This document shows positions 10,053 through 20,517 of a DNA stretch of 64,000 bases, piece after piece. The translations under genes were made by a program, and so were the position numbers. The notes under the pieces are model-generated. The model had not been told where the DNA came from. It made no database searches and saw only the letters and a list, made by a program, of their open reading frames with translations. The stretch spans positions 537 to 64,536 of the forward strand of contig CAZKSJ010000002.1 in NCBI GenBank assembly GCA_964555515.1, read 5' to 3'. How positions within the stretch are numbered: the stretch's first letter is position 1; every line of letters begins with the position of its first letter. This stretch comes from an uncultured Pseudomonadales bacterium. Lineage in GTDB: Bacteria > Patescibacteriota > Microgenomatia > UBA1400 > PJMF01.

Positions 10053-11806
10053 ACAACATTAGAAATTTCATCAATTATTTCCATTTACTACCTTTGCTAA
10101 TCCTGATTTTACTGGGCTTGTATGGTATTCAAGCCCTGTTTCACCCAGGACTTTACAGTGCGCATGACATATGGCACCAAGTAGCGCGACTCTATCATTA
10201 CTCCGCGGCGGTAAGTGATGGGGCAACCTTGCCAACTTGGATCTCTACACTCGCCAATGGCTATGGCTATCCCTTATTTTACTTTTCTTATCACTTTCCT
10301 TGGCTGATGGGACTGCCCTTCATCTGGTTAGGATTTTCAATTTTTAGTACGCTAAAAATATTATTTGGTTTAGCCTTTATGGCTGCCGGTTTCGCTATGT
10401 ATTGGTTGGCTTTTGTCATCTTTAAAAATCGAATTGCAGCTCTAGCGGTTGCTGGTCTTTACCTAATTTCTCCTTATCATTTTTTCACAATCTTTGTATC
10501 AGCTTCGATTGGCACGGTCTTTCAGTTTGCTTTGTTACCCCTGATTGTGCTGGGTATTTTTCAAACCATTCGGGAACATAAAATGAGTGGAACATTACTG
10601 TTGGCAACTACAGCTGCTGCCAGTATTTTGTCCCACTTAATGACTTTTGTCTTTTTGGTACCTTATTTAACGATTTACACGTTGGTTTTATTAATTGAGC
10701 AGAGACATCAAACAATGCTGCTGTTTAAAAGCATTAAATTACTGTTCACTGCAGCCCTAATTGCCCTTGGCCTCAGCGCCTTTTATGTCATTCCCACCCT
10801 ACTTTACTTACCGCTGGTCAGAGCCGGCGAGGGTACCGCCAATTTTCAAACTCTCTACTTGGGTGGATTCGTCACGCTTAAGCAACTACTATACTCAACC
10901 TGGGGCTTCTCACCTATATCAGAAAATGCGGCTACGAGTGACATCTCTTTTCAAATTGGAATTGCCCAGTGGTTAATCATCGCTGCAACAGCCTTTTTAC
11001 TTAGCTTCTTTGCAATTCTGCGTCTATTAAATAATTATCGTCGACGGCGTGTGGAGCAATCCAAGCCTTTTATATTCCTAAGACGCATTCTTGATTTCAA
11101 GTTTTTAAGTAAATTCTGGGCAACAGCGTTAGTGATTGGCTCGCTACTCGGCTTGTCTATTTGGCTGATGCTGTCGTCCTCCATCCTAGTGTGGGATTTG
11201 ATCGCTCGCTATTTTACCCTCGACTTTCCGTTCCGTTACTTGATCGTGGCAGTGTTTCTCGCCTCGTTGTTGGCTGGTTTTGTGATTGGTTCATTAAGCA
11301 CACAGAGCCTAAAGCTATTTGGACTATTTTGCATTATTGTGATAGCACTTTACACCAACCGAAATCATATCAAAGTGAATATGTACACCGACTACGCTTT
11401 GCAAGAATATATTGGAGCAGAGTTGACCACAACTACTTTTCATGAGTACTTACCTATTGCGGCCGATTCTGGGAATTTGCAGCTTTCACAACCACAACTC
11501 ATCAAAGACATCCCGGCTGAAATTTTGTATACCTCGCCCACTAGGTTAGTAATTGGCGTTAATATTGACGGGTTGAGAAATGCTGAGGTGAGACAATTCG
11601 ATTTTCCCGGACAAAGAGTCTACATCAATGGCAAGTTGCTTGAACGCGAAATTGATCCAGGTAAATTAATTTTGTTCAAACTGCCAAAAGGTTATCACAC
11701 CATTGAAATTAGGTACCAAAATCCGCCCATCTATTACCTAGGACTGCTCACTTCCTCTGTTACAATTATCTTTGTCCTAATAGTTTTGCTAAGAAAGCCA
11801 AAATGA
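10049..11806 (+). CDS. GT-C-fold membrane glycosyltransferase, YfhO/PTPS-related family (paralog 2 of 3).
   Basis: Motif YSAHDIWHQVARLYHY...GYGYPLFYFSYHFP. C-terminal domain contains FDFPGQRVYINGKLL and ends in a TM anchor. Overlaps both flanking genes by 4 nt. Confidence 0.5.
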   Translation: MNNIRNFINYFHLLPLLILILLGLYGIQALFHPGLYSAHDIWHQVARLYHYSAAVSDGATLPTWISTLANGYGYPLFYFSYHFPWLMGLPFIWLGFSIFSTLKILFGLAFMAAGFAMYWLAFVIFKNRIAALAVAGLYLISPYHFFTIFVSASIGTVFQFALLPLIVLGIFQTIREHKMSGTLLLATTAAASILSHLMTFVFLVPYLTIYTLVLLIEQRHQTMLLFKSIKLLFTAALIALGLSAFYVIPTLLYLPLVRAGEGTANFQTLYLGGFVTLKQLLYSTWGFSPISENAATSDISFQIGIAQWLIIAATAFLLSFFAILRLLNNYRRRRVEQSKPFIFLRRILDFKFLSKFWATALVIGSLLGLSIWLMLSSSILVWDLIARYFTLDFPFRYLIVAVFLASLLAGFVIGSLSTQSLKLFGLFCIIVIALYTNRNHIKVNMYTDYALQEYIGAELTTTTFHEYLPIAADSGNLQLSQPQLIKDIPAEILYTSPTRLVIGVNIDGLRNAEVRQFDFPGQRVYINGKLLEREIDPGKLILFKLPKGYHTIEIRYQNPPIYYLGLLTSSVTIIFVLIVLLRKPK

Positions 11807-12522
11807 AAGTGATCGCCGTCATGCCCGCATTCAATGCGGCAGAGACCCTTGAAAAAACAGTGAAAGACATCCCAAAGGGAATTGTTGACCAGATTATTTT
11901 GGTTGACGATAATAGTTCTGATCAGACAGTCAAACTTGCCCGGAAGTTAGGTCTACAAGTGATTAAGCACCCACAAAACCGTGGTTATGGTGGTAATCAA
12001 AAAACTTGCTACACCCATGCACTCTCTGAAGGCGCCGATGTCGTGGTGATGATTCATCCCGATTATCAATATGATAGTAGTTTAACTAAGGAGATGGTTT
12101 TGCCCATCATGAACGGTAGAGTGGATGTGATGCTTGGCTCAAGAATTCGCAGTCGCGAGGAAGCCTTGGCGGGGGGCATGCCACTTTACAAATATTTTGG
12201 GAATAGATTTTTGACCCTGACTGAAAACTTATTGCTTGACCGAAACTTGTCTGAGTATCACACTGGCTTCCGAGCATTTCACAAAAATATTTTGAAAAAG
12301 TTGCCCTTCCATAAATACTCAGACGACTTTGTGTTTGATTCGCAAATCTTGTTTGGCACCATTGCCTTAAAGGCTAAAATAGGCGAAATTCAAGTGCCCG
12401 TCAGGTACTTTGAGGAGGCTTCGTCAATTAATTTTATGAGGTCATCCATTTATGGTTTGTCAATTTTGAGAGACTTGGGGTTATACGTCATCACTGACGG
12501 CAAGTGGTTTTTAAATAAATAG
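11803..12522 (+). CDS. GT2 polyprenol-phosphate sugar synthase (DPM1/GtrB/CsbB-like).
   Basis: N-terminal VIAVMPAFNAAETLEKTV...IILVDDNSSDQT and a short soluble GT2 of 239 aa. Translationally coupled (ATGA) to the upstream YfhO-like gene, the same pairing as the Bacillus csbB-yfhO module. Confidence 0.65.
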   Translation: MKVIAVMPAFNAAETLEKTVKDIPKGIVDQIILVDDNSSDQTVKLARKLGLQVIKHPQNRGYGGNQKTCYTHALSEGADVVVMIHPDYQYDSSLTKEMVLPIMNGRVDVMLGSRIRSREEALAGGMPLYKYFGNRFLTLTENLLLDRNLSEYHTGFRAFHKNILKKLPFHKYSDDFVFDSQILFGTIALKAKIGEIQVPVRYFEEASSINFMRSSIYGLSILRDLGLYVITDGKWFLNK

Positions 12523-12531
12523 CAGTTGCAG

Positions 12532-14292
12532 TTAATTTCTAGAAATTGCGGCAATCACATACTCCTCATTTTCTGAATCGATATACCGAGACTCGTTAAC
12601 AATCATTATGTCATTATCGAGTGTGAGTTTTGTCCAATCATTGGCTCTCATTACCACGATCGATTTGTCCAAATCAGGCCATCTTGGTAAACCTTCATTA
12701 ACATGATAGATCCCAAATCTAGTCGTCGCAAAATCCTGATCGAAATCTGATCTGGCTGTGCTGTTTATGACGGGAAAATTGTCATAGTCAGGTTGACCAG
12801 CAATCCATAGATACATTCTTGTATTTACCCCCCAAAAAAACACTTCTGTCTGATCGGTGTTCAGGGCTTGTGATTGCTCCAACAGAAATTGGTCGCGCTC
12901 TGCCCAAGCTCCTCTACTCAAACTTTGATATGGTTTCTGATAATAGTAGGCAAACTCTACAACAGCAAAGATCAACCAAATCAACCATCCTATACCTACT
13001 ATTTTCATACCCAATTGGCCAAATCGACGCATTATGAAGAATATGAAGGAATGTAAGCCCACTCCAATAATGATACTGAGCGGCACCAATGCATTTAGTG
13101 AACGTAGCGCATGAGGAGTAGTATTGGGGACAGCAGCTGGTAATAAAGCAACCATCCACCAAATGAACAATATCAAACCCATGGCACGATGTTTGGTGGC
13201 TAACTCGTAGATCCCGCAAACAAACACTGGTAAAAATGGTAGTAAAAATAAACCATGAGCGCCAGTACCATGACGGAGGTTTTCATCACCGTTTAAAAAT
13301 AGAAAATTGAAGTCTAAAAAATCAGCATAGTTAGTTGCTAGCTGTCTCACGAATAACCAATCGCGATGAAAAATTAGCCGGTCAAAGCGACTATTACCAG
13401 CGAGTTCGCGATAGACATTCTGAGTTAGTACTAGATCACCCCGATCATTTAGAACGGAGTCTGTACTCAAGCGGTACTGTTCTGAAGCAGCTGCGAGTGG
13501 AGAGTAGGTCTGGGGTAATAAAAGCATATAAAAACCTATTAGAGGGAACAAAATCGTGAGGAAGATCTTAACGAAAATATTTGAGGTAGTTCGGTTCCTA
13601 GATGCTAGGTGCCGCGTTTGCCATAACTGATAGAACGAAATTGAAACGAATACAGCAGGGGCTACAAATCTAACTGAGTAATAAGTGTAAGTGCTGGCAG
13701 CCATTAACAATACACTTACTAATCGCCACCAACCGTTTCTGAGACTTAATAGGAGCGCATAGATAGACAAAGCCAGTAATAATTGAGCTAGATGTCCTTC
13801 AAACCCAGCTCTAGAAAAGGTCATTGACCAAGGACTGACAGCCACTACCATTGCAATAGCTACAGCCAACCAACGGTGCGTGATATACCACTCTTTGAGT
13901 GGTATATTTAAATCCCGTTTGAAGTTGCGCCAGCGCCACAACTCTAAGCCGATTAATGGCGTGATAAAGATTGTGAATAAACCAGCTAATAGGCTTGGAA
14001 CTCGAACTACCCATTGCTCATCGCCAAAGAGAGCTACCGCCACGCTGAGCAGCCAAATATAAACGGGTTGTTTATAGTCACCATATGATAAGAAGATGGG
14101 CTGTAACCAGCTTTCACCATGCATATCTTGACCTGTTGCCACCACAGATTTAGCATCAACTAACATCGCCATTTCATCGATATAGAGCGTGGCGGAATTT
14201 GATTTGAAATTGTAGATGCGTAATCCTAGTCCAATCGTCATGACCAGGAAAATTAAACAAAAAAATAAAATTGTTGAGTTATGCTTTGTCAT
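12532..14292 (-). CDS. GT-C membrane glycosyltransferase, ArnT/PMT-like (family A).
   Basis: Loop motif LYIDEMAMLVDAKSVVATGQDMHGESW...LSYGDYKQPVYIWL. N-terminal hydrophobic start MTKHNSTILFFCLIFLV. Confidence 0.75.
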   Translation of the reverse strand: MTKHNSTILFFCLIFLVMTIGLGLRIYNFKSNSATLYIDEMAMLVDAKSVVATGQDMHGESWLQPIFLSYGDYKQPVYIWLLSVAVALFGDEQWVVRVPSLLAGLFTIFITPLIGLELWRWRNFKRDLNIPLKEWYITHRWLAVAIAMVVAVSPWSMTFSRAGFEGHLAQLLLALSIYALLLSLRNGWWRLVSVLLMAASTYTYYSVRFVAPAVFVSISFYQLWQTRHLASRNRTTSNIFVKIFLTILFPLIGFYMLLLPQTYSPLAAASEQYRLSTDSVLNDRGDLVLTQNVYRELAGNSRFDRLIFHRDWLFVRQLATNYADFLDFNFLFLNGDENLRHGTGAHGLFLLPFLPVFVCGIYELATKHRAMGLILFIWWMVALLPAAVPNTTPHALRSLNALVPLSIIIGVGLHSFIFFIMRRFGQLGMKIVGIGWLIWLIFAVVEFAYYYQKPYQSLSRGAWAERDQFLLEQSQALNTDQTEVFFWGVNTRMYLWIAGQPDYDNFPVINSTARSDFDQDFATTRFGIYHVNEGLPRWPDLDKSIVVMRANDWTKLTLDNDIMIVNESRYIDSENEEYVIAAISRN

Positions 14293-14305
14293 AGGGCATG
14301 TAATT

Positions 14306-16027
14306 TCATTTTCTTAAGATATACCAAATCGGTTGGCCATCTAAGCCAACAACTTTGGTGACTGCAAAGTTCCCCAACGCTGCTTCATCCACCTTACTAG
14401 CTAGCACCACTCCTACTTCACCAACTGTCAACTGACCAAGGTCCACTTCCCGGTCAAAGATCATCTTTTTATAAGTAATTAATTCTCCTTGATCAAATTC
14501 TTCATTTGTTGCTGATGCCTGCACCAAGCTGGGGTCTTCATTGGTGTAGAACCAAACGTACATCGCTGGTCTACCCAAACTTCTCGCGAAGCGAATTGGT
14601 TTACCTGCGGCGATGTCGGCTGATAGCTCGCTAACTAGTTGTTGATAGCCATACTGCCATTCATGCTGAGATTGAACTGGATAGATGTATAAGTAATAAC
14701 GAAAAAAAGCTACCAATTCCAGTAAATAAAACCCAATAATGATAGCAACCAGCGCCAGTTTCGTCGATGATTGAAGAACTTGATAAAAAACGGACTGCTT
14801 GCTGAAATACTTGATTCCTAGTTGTTGAATTAGGTGCGTACTTTCCTTGACAAAAGAACTCAGTCCCAAGGAAATGATCAGTAAAACTGCTGGCAAGGCT
14901 GGTAAAATACGGAGAGCATGGGGATTGGGCTTGGCCATCGTAGCTGGCAACAACGCCACCAAGAGCCAACCCCAAATTAACCAATCCACAGTTCTCCTCC
15001 GCTTCATCATCAACAGAACCCCCCAAATGAGAAAAACAGTTTCGAAGTGGTAAATCAAACCCGTGAAGCTAGTACCATGACGAAGATTGACATCACCGCT
15101 TACTGCCCAAAAACTCAGCGAGGAATAACTGAATAGATTCTCTACAATTGTTCTGGCCATGATGACATAACGGTGGTAAAAAATTCTAGAACCAATTGAG
15201 TTTGCTGATGCATCGCGCAATTGATTGCTAGTGGTAATTACCTCCAAATCACTAGTGATACCAGTCTCTTTGAACCGCTGGGTAATTAAATTTGAATTGG
15301 GATTGAGCAATGTCACAAGTAGCGGCAACATTAAGACTGCAACCAATATGGCTGCCACAAATGGATAAACCAAAGCTTGATGTTGCCAAACAATCTTCTT
15401 ATTGCACCAGTCTGCGCGTCGTTCCCATAATGAGACCACCAATAAGATCATGACTAATAATGGTACCATTAGCCGGGCAGAATGATATGCATAAGGCGCT
15501 AACCCCAAACTTATCACAGCCAATAAAAATTGCCATGTCCCTCCTATTTTGACTGCTCGCCACCACCAGGCCACTCCCCAAGTTATCAACACTGTGGCTA
15601 AGTGTGCCTCCCAAGCTCCTCTAGAAAAATGAATTGCCCAGGGAGAAATTGCCGTCATAAACAGTGCCCAGGCCGCAGGAAATTTAAACTGCCGGGCTAA
15701 GAAATAAATACCCATCATCATGAAGACACCAAGCATCACTCCAGAACTTCTTACCGCCAGATCAGTTAAGCAGAGTATTTTAATAAATGGCACTAAGTAA
15801 TAAAAATACAAACTTGGTTTCCAATCACCAAAGGATTCGAAGGCAAGGATGGGCCAAGGATGACCGTGATGATCTTTACCTGTTTCTAGAATTGAAAAAG
15901 CATCATATCCCAGCGCTACTTCTTCCCAATAAAGTGCTGGTGGTGCACTAGTTACTTGATAAGCTCTCAAGAATAAGCCAAACACTAAGATCGCCAATAT
16001 TAACCAAAATATTTTATTAGTTGGCAT
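14306..16027 (-). CDS. GT-C membrane glycosyltransferase, ArnT/PMT-like (family A).
   Basis: Loop motif ALYWEEVALGYDAFSILETGKDHHGHPW...ESFGDWKPSLYFYY. Start set at Met17 (MPTNKIFWLIL) to avoid a 59-nt overlap with the upstream paralog. Confidence 0.7.
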   Translation of the reverse strand: MPTNKIFWLILAILVFGLFLRAYQVTSAPPALYWEEVALGYDAFSILETGKDHHGHPWPILAFESFGDWKPSLYFYYLVPFIKILCLTDLAVRSSGVMLGVFMMMGIYFLARQFKFPAAWALFMTAISPWAIHFSRGAWEAHLATVLITWGVAWWWRAVKIGGTWQFLLAVISLGLAPYAYHSARLMVPLLVMILLVVSLWERRADWCNKKIVWQHQALVYPFVAAILVAVLMLPLLVTLLNPNSNLITQRFKETGITSDLEVITTSNQLRDASANSIGSRIFYHRYVIMARTIVENLFSYSSLSFWAVSGDVNLRHGTSFTGLIYHFETVFLIWGVLLMMKRRRTVDWLIWGWLLVALLPATMAKPNPHALRILPALPAVLLIISLGLSSFVKESTHLIQQLGIKYFSKQSVFYQVLQSSTKLALVAIIIGFYLLELVAFFRYYLYIYPVQSQHEWQYGYQQLVSELSADIAAGKPIRFARSLGRPAMYVWFYTNEDPSLVQASATNEEFDQGELITYKKMIFDREVDLGQLTVGEVGVVLASKVDEAALGNFAVTKVVGLDGQPIWYILRK

Positions 16028-17648
16028 GTTCACCAGTGTAATAAACTTCAAACCGAACTTGACCATCACTACCATAAACTAAATGTGTGGCTTCATGCTG
16101 ATCAAGATTGAACTTGGGAGTACTGATCACCAAGGTATTGTGCCTTAATAGATCAGATCCTGACAAACTATTGGTAAACTCATATTTATAAAGTGATCCA
16201 CCTCGATAAGCAATGGGAGAAGTCTTTCGAACAAACAGAGCAAAAATGTATGGCTGACCATAGTCGTCGCTGACCAGAATTTTATCTACTGGAGCTTGTC
16301 CATATTCACCTCTTTCATAAGCCGTTGCTAGCTGCATCGCCTCAAGATAGCCATCTTGGAACTCTGCAGCACTGACTCTCGCGAAATTATTAAGATAATC
16401 GTGCCAGTAATGCATAAATATTAATGATTCGATCAAGAAAGTCATACCTACAAGCAATCGAAAACTTATATCCAGAGATATTTTTTTCGATAACCAAGTG
16501 ACCGTAGCATCGACTCCATAAATTGCTAGTAAAATAAATCCAGGCAAGGCAAATAGGGCACGATTGCTGTGTGGTACAGCTTCAGATGAAAGAGCCGCCG
16601 GAATTAGTCCGAAGATCACAAAAGCGATACCGTATCCTAACAAACTGTATTTCATCTGCTGATAATGAGCTAATCGAAATAGAATCATCAGTAACGCAAT
16701 CATGCTAAATAAGAACGTCATGGGCAGTAATACCCCCCAACTACCAGAACCATGCCGATATGAATCAGTCTGACCCAATACTAGAAATTGGGGAGATAAA
16801 TGGGCGACCAGATTTTCTGCAAAAACTTTAATAGTGGTAACGGCAGTATAACCTTGATTAGTGATGAGGACACCAGCTCTGGTCGCCCCATGTCCAAAAA
16901 CACCATCATAAATAAGTGGCAACACAAGAATTATGCCGATCATCAAGCCACATATCAGCCAACGCCACTCCCTCCTCACCCACTCGCGTTGCTGATACCC
17001 ATACCAAAATACAAACAATGGTACAAATATTTTTGCACTATGATAAGTATAGAGCGCGGCAGCCCAAGCAATTGAGCTCATCAGTAACAAACCTATTTTT
17101 TGATATTTATTTAATTGTGCAAACCTTTCAATCATCTGGGCTGCCGCTACCAATCCAACTAGAAAAAAAGCTAGCGCCATGCCTGATTCAAACCCCACCC
17201 GAGAGTAATGAACATGCCATGGCACAGTGGCGATGAGAAACAAACCAAGTAGTGTTTGCCACTTTTTGGCATGATTTTCAGCTAATATGTACGTTAGAGC
17301 TCCAAATGCAAGAACGGTGACCATGCCCGCTAGGGCAAAAGGCAGTCTTACTACCCATAACTTAAGCCCCAACAAAATGGTAAACACGCCGTTGATGTAA
17401 ATTGCTGCGGGAGCCTTGTAATCTCCAAAAGACTGAAACGAGATAGGAATTTTGTGTAACCACTCATCTCTTCTGGTGGTAATAACCGCGTGACCATTAT
17501 AACCAATGGCTGCTTCATCCCAGGTCATACCGTGAGGAATAACGCCCAATTGATAGAACCTGACTAAAACCGCCAACAAGATGATGAGGCTGCCAAGCAC
17601 AAAAAACCACTGCTGCTGAGACTTATAAAAGGGTTTAAGTAATTTCAT
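16017..17648 (-). CDS. GT-C membrane glycosyltransferase, ArnT/PMT-like (family A).
   Basis: Loop motif GMTWDEAAIGYNGHAVITTRRDEWLHKIP...QSFGDYKAPAAIYIN. Start set at Met17 (MKLLKPFYKSQQQWFFVLGSL), which matches the N-termini of the paralogs. Confidence 0.7.
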   Translation of the reverse strand: MKLLKPFYKSQQQWFFVLGSLIILLAVLVRFYQLGVIPHGMTWDEAAIGYNGHAVITTRRDEWLHKIPISFQSFGDYKAPAAIYINGVFTILLGLKLWVVRLPFALAGMVTVLAFGALTYILAENHAKKWQTLLGLFLIATVPWHVHYSRVGFESGMALAFFLVGLVAAAQMIERFAQLNKYQKIGLLLMSSIAWAAALYTYHSAKIFVPLFVFWYGYQQREWVRREWRWLICGLMIGIILVLPLIYDGVFGHGATRAGVLITNQGYTAVTTIKVFAENLVAHLSPQFLVLGQTDSYRHGSGSWGVLLPMTFLFSMIALLMILFRLAHYQQMKYSLLGYGIAFVIFGLIPAALSSEAVPHSNRALFALPGFILLAIYGVDATVTWLSKKISLDISFRLLVGMTFLIESLIFMHYWHDYLNNFARVSAAEFQDGYLEAMQLATAYERGEYGQAPVDKILVSDDYGQPYIFALFVRKTSPIAYRGGSLYKYEFTNSLSGSDLLRHNTLVISTPKFNLDQHEATHLVYGSDGQVRFEVYYTGEHAN

Positions 17649-17667
17649 GCAGCTCCATTGTAGCGGT

Positions 17668-18588
17668 CTATGATATAGCCTGTGAAGCAGTTGCACGGCT
17701 TCTGTGCCACCACCAATAAGGCCGCCAGATTAAAAATGATAACCTTTGCCAGAAATGACCATTCTTCCAAGTAAAACGATCGGCATTGCGCCAGCTAATT
17801 TTTTGCATTTCCTGAGCTGTCCATACTGATTGATGGGTGCTTTCATGTTTATGATAGATAATTGCTTTCGGCTCAAAGATTATTTGCAGTCCTCTTCGGC
17901 GAGCTCTAAATGACAAGTCAATATCTTCCCAATATGCCGGATAATATCTTTGGTCAAAGCCGCGCAGCGTCTGCCAATCATTTAGTCTAAACATGGAGCT
18001 ACCACCACTCGCCCAAGCAGTACTGCCATATTCAAAATTAGCTGCCTTGGCATGCTTAAACAAGCCCATTTCAAACCATAGTAAATTTTTACCACTCGGG
18101 TTAGATCCTGCTTGATCATCAAATTCCAAAGCCGTTACCGCAAACACTTTTGGATTTGACTCTAAAACCCGAGCCAAGTTGATAAAAGCTGCCGGATGTG
18201 GAGACGCATCATTATTCAACAACATGACCATTTCGTGACAGGCCAAAGATACTCCCAAGTTTGCGGCCCCTCCAAAACGCAGATTGCTTTCATTGGCAAC
18301 CAACATCAAATCAAGATGTTTTCCTTCAGCAGAATATGCTCCAGCATAATACCTGAGTTTGAGCAAATGTGGATCTGGAAAATAACCTTTAAGCAAATTA
18401 AATTCTGGTGATCTAGATTTTTTGAGCTTGAATTCACTACATAACCACGCAACTGTCTGATCATTGCTAGCATCATCACTAATGATTAACTGACTTCCAA
18501 ACGGTAGTGCTTTTAGCACAGCTGGCAGGTGGGTATGCAATAACTTTAATCCGTTAAAAGTCGGAATCACACAAGACACTTTAGTCAT
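17668..18588 (-). CDS. Glycosyltransferase family 2.
   Basis: CVIPTFNGLKLLHTHLPAVLKAL...IISDDASNDQT is a GT2 N-terminus. Start set at Met8 to avoid overlapping the upstream GT4 gene. Confidence 0.7.
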   Translation of the reverse strand: MTKVSCVIPTFNGLKLLHTHLPAVLKALPFGSQLIISDDASNDQTVAWLCSEFKLKKSRSPEFNLLKGYFPDPHLLKLRYYAGAYSAEGKHLDLMLVANESNLRFGGAANLGVSLACHEMVMLLNNDASPHPAAFINLARVLESNPKVFAVTALEFDDQAGSNPSGKNLLWFEMGLFKHAKAANFEYGSTAWASGGSSMFRLNDWQTLRGFDQRYYPAYWEDIDLSFRARRRGLQIIFEPKAIIYHKHESTHQSVWTAQEMQKISWRNADRFTWKNGHFWQRLSFLIWRPYWWWHRSRATASQAIS

Positions 18589-19702
18589 CAACTGGTTCCT
18601 GGTCAACATTAAACATATTATTCACCTTCTTGGCAAAAGTGCGCTCATTAAAATGACTGGCTCGCTCTCTCACCTTTACTCCCAAATCAACTACTTTAGG
18701 TGGATGTTTCATCAACTCCCAAGTATGGGAAACACATTCAGCCTGACTGTGCCATCCCAATCCAGATAAGTCTTCACCCAAGACCTCACGCTGACCCCCA
18801 GCCAAATATACAAGTGGCACACATGAAGCCGCCATCGCCTCGACAGTACTTATCCCAAAGTGTTCAACTGCTTCAGGACAAATATTCTCATCAATCCCGT
18901 AACCCGCTGCATGCCAATAAATGGTGGCGCTTTGATACAAATCAATTAGCTCTTTTCTAGATAAATTAGTTTTAAACTCTATTGGAAAACCCGTCGCCAT
19001 CTTTTTTAACTCTTTTAACCAAGTTTCATCCTCAGTTGAACCAGCTAAAACCAACTTCCATCTTTTTGTGACACTCTGATGGGTCAAACATAGCTTTTGA
19101 AACATTTCAATTAAAATATCTTGGCGTTTGGAGTGAAGCTGTTTAAAATATCTGCCTACATTCAAGATCATGGGCTCTTTATGAGGGCTACCGGTAAATT
19201 CAGCTTCATTAATCATGGGATGTAAAACTAAATTTACCTGCGCTCGCCAATTTTGCTCAATAATTGACTTGGTAAAATATGAGTTAGTATTGATGTGCCG
19301 CCAGTTTTTTAATTTCAAACGATCTATAGGAGAAGTAAGTCGATTGGAGAATGGTACCTGGACGTGTAGGTAGTTGTGATCAGCTAAACTAAAAAATAAT
19401 GAACCATCACTCACGTAATAAAGCCCATCATAACGGGCTGTCCAAAGTAGCTTAGATGCCGCAGATTGCTTTGAACCAAGAGGAGTTTCGACAAACTCAA
19501 TCGCAGCCAAATCTTGATTCATAAAGTTTTGATACTGTTTTTTAACATAACTCAATGTTTGATCCTTGGGCAGATGCTGGGATGAAACCGCCACACAAAC
19601 TTGATGGTTTGCAGCTGCCACACCCGCTACATCTAGTAAGTGCTTTTCGCCACCACCAAAATGATTAGGGAAATAGGGTGAATAAAAACAAATGTTCATC
19701 AA
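18581..19702 (-). CDS. Glycosyltransferase family 4 (GT-B fold).
   Basis: C-terminal EHFGISTVEAMAASCVPLV is a GT4 signature. The N-terminus MMNICFYSPYFPNHFGGGEKH is typical of GT4 enzymes. Confidence 0.75.
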   Translation of the reverse strand: MMNICFYSPYFPNHFGGGEKHLLDVAGVAAANHQVCVAVSSQHLPKDQTLSYVKKQYQNFMNQDLAAIEFVETPLGSKQSAASKLLWTARYDGLYYVSDGSLFFSLADHNYLHVQVPFSNRLTSPIDRLKLKNWRHINTNSYFTKSIIEQNWRAQVNLVLHPMINEAEFTGSPHKEPMILNVGRYFKQLHSKRQDILIEMFQKLCLTHQSVTKRWKLVLAGSTEDETWLKELKKMATGFPIEFKTNLSRKELIDLYQSATIYWHAAGYGIDENICPEAVEHFGISTVEAMAASCVPLVYLAGGQREVLGEDLSGLGWHSQAECVSHTWELMKHPPKVVDLGVKVRERASHFNERTFAKKVNNMFNVDQEPVDD

Positions 19703-20517
19703 TTATTTTTCCACATATCTGCCAATTCCTGCTCAAGCTTTTGGTATTTATCAGCAATGGTGGGGCTTTGTTGTCTTTCCCAAACCTGAATGTAGACCAA
19801 CATCCTATTGATTGCTTGAATGGTGGCTTCCATCAATCCCACCTGTCCATCTTTATAACCGCGATATTTAATCACTCTTCTTAAGAACTCACCAAATCCT
19901 TTTCTCAGTACCGTCAATAAGTTGACATTTGGGATACTTGAATCGGCCAGGAGCCTCGCTTCGATCGGAGTCCAGGCTGCTGATTTGATCAATCCAGATG
20001 ACACATTCCGATGGGAAAAGTGAACTAGCTGTGATTTTAGCGCCACACACTCACCCTGATATCGTGGACTTTCATGAATATCCCCAAACCATTCCACATC
20101 AGCGGATTTATGGAAGGCACGCGTCACCGTGTCTTCCGCCCAACCACCGTACATCAATTCTGTTCCAAAGAAAATATTCCTGCGAGCCATACTTAAAGCT
20201 GCAGTTTGTTTTGTTTCTATTGTTACGCCGATTTCTTTGGCCAAAGTAGGAGTGACTCTTTCATCGGCGTCAATATAAATAAACCACTCAGTGGAAACGT
20301 GTTTAACAGCCTCATTGCGTAGCTTGGCAAAAGAAGGGTGCTGAAAATGGATAACTTTTGCGCCTTGTTGTTCGGCGATTTCTGCGGTCTTATCTGTAGA
20401 ACCAGTGTCGATCAACAAAATTTCCTGGCACCAACGCAACGAATTTAGACAACCCGGCAACATTGATTCTTCGTTTTTAGCGATGATGACGGCAGTGATG
20501 GGTAGATGGTGGTTCAT
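19699..20517 (-). CDS. Glycosyltransferase family 2.
   Basis: ITAVIIAKNEESMLPGCLNSL...LLIDTGSTDKT. Overlaps both neighbours by 4 nt. Confidence 0.7.
   Translation of the reverse strand: MNHHLPITAVIIAKNEESMLPGCLNSLRWCQEILLIDTGSTDKTAEIAEQQGAKVIHFQHPSFAKLRNEAVKHVSTEWFIYIDADERVTPTLAKEIGVTIETKQTAALSMARRNIFFGTELMYGGWAEDTVTRAFHKSADVEWFGDIHESPRYQGECVALKSQLVHFSHRNVSSGLIKSAAWTPIEARLLADSSIPNVNLLTVLRKGFGEFLRRVIKYRGYKDGQVGLMEATIQAINRMLVYIQVWERQQSPTIADKYQKLEQELADMWKNN

Noticed and set aside
14306-17696. 59-nt and 29-nt overlaps between consecutive transferase genes that might indicate frameshifts or pseudogenes
   Set aside because: Each overlap disappears when an in-frame internal Met is used as the start. 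The resulting N-termini resemble the paralogs, so the genes look intact.
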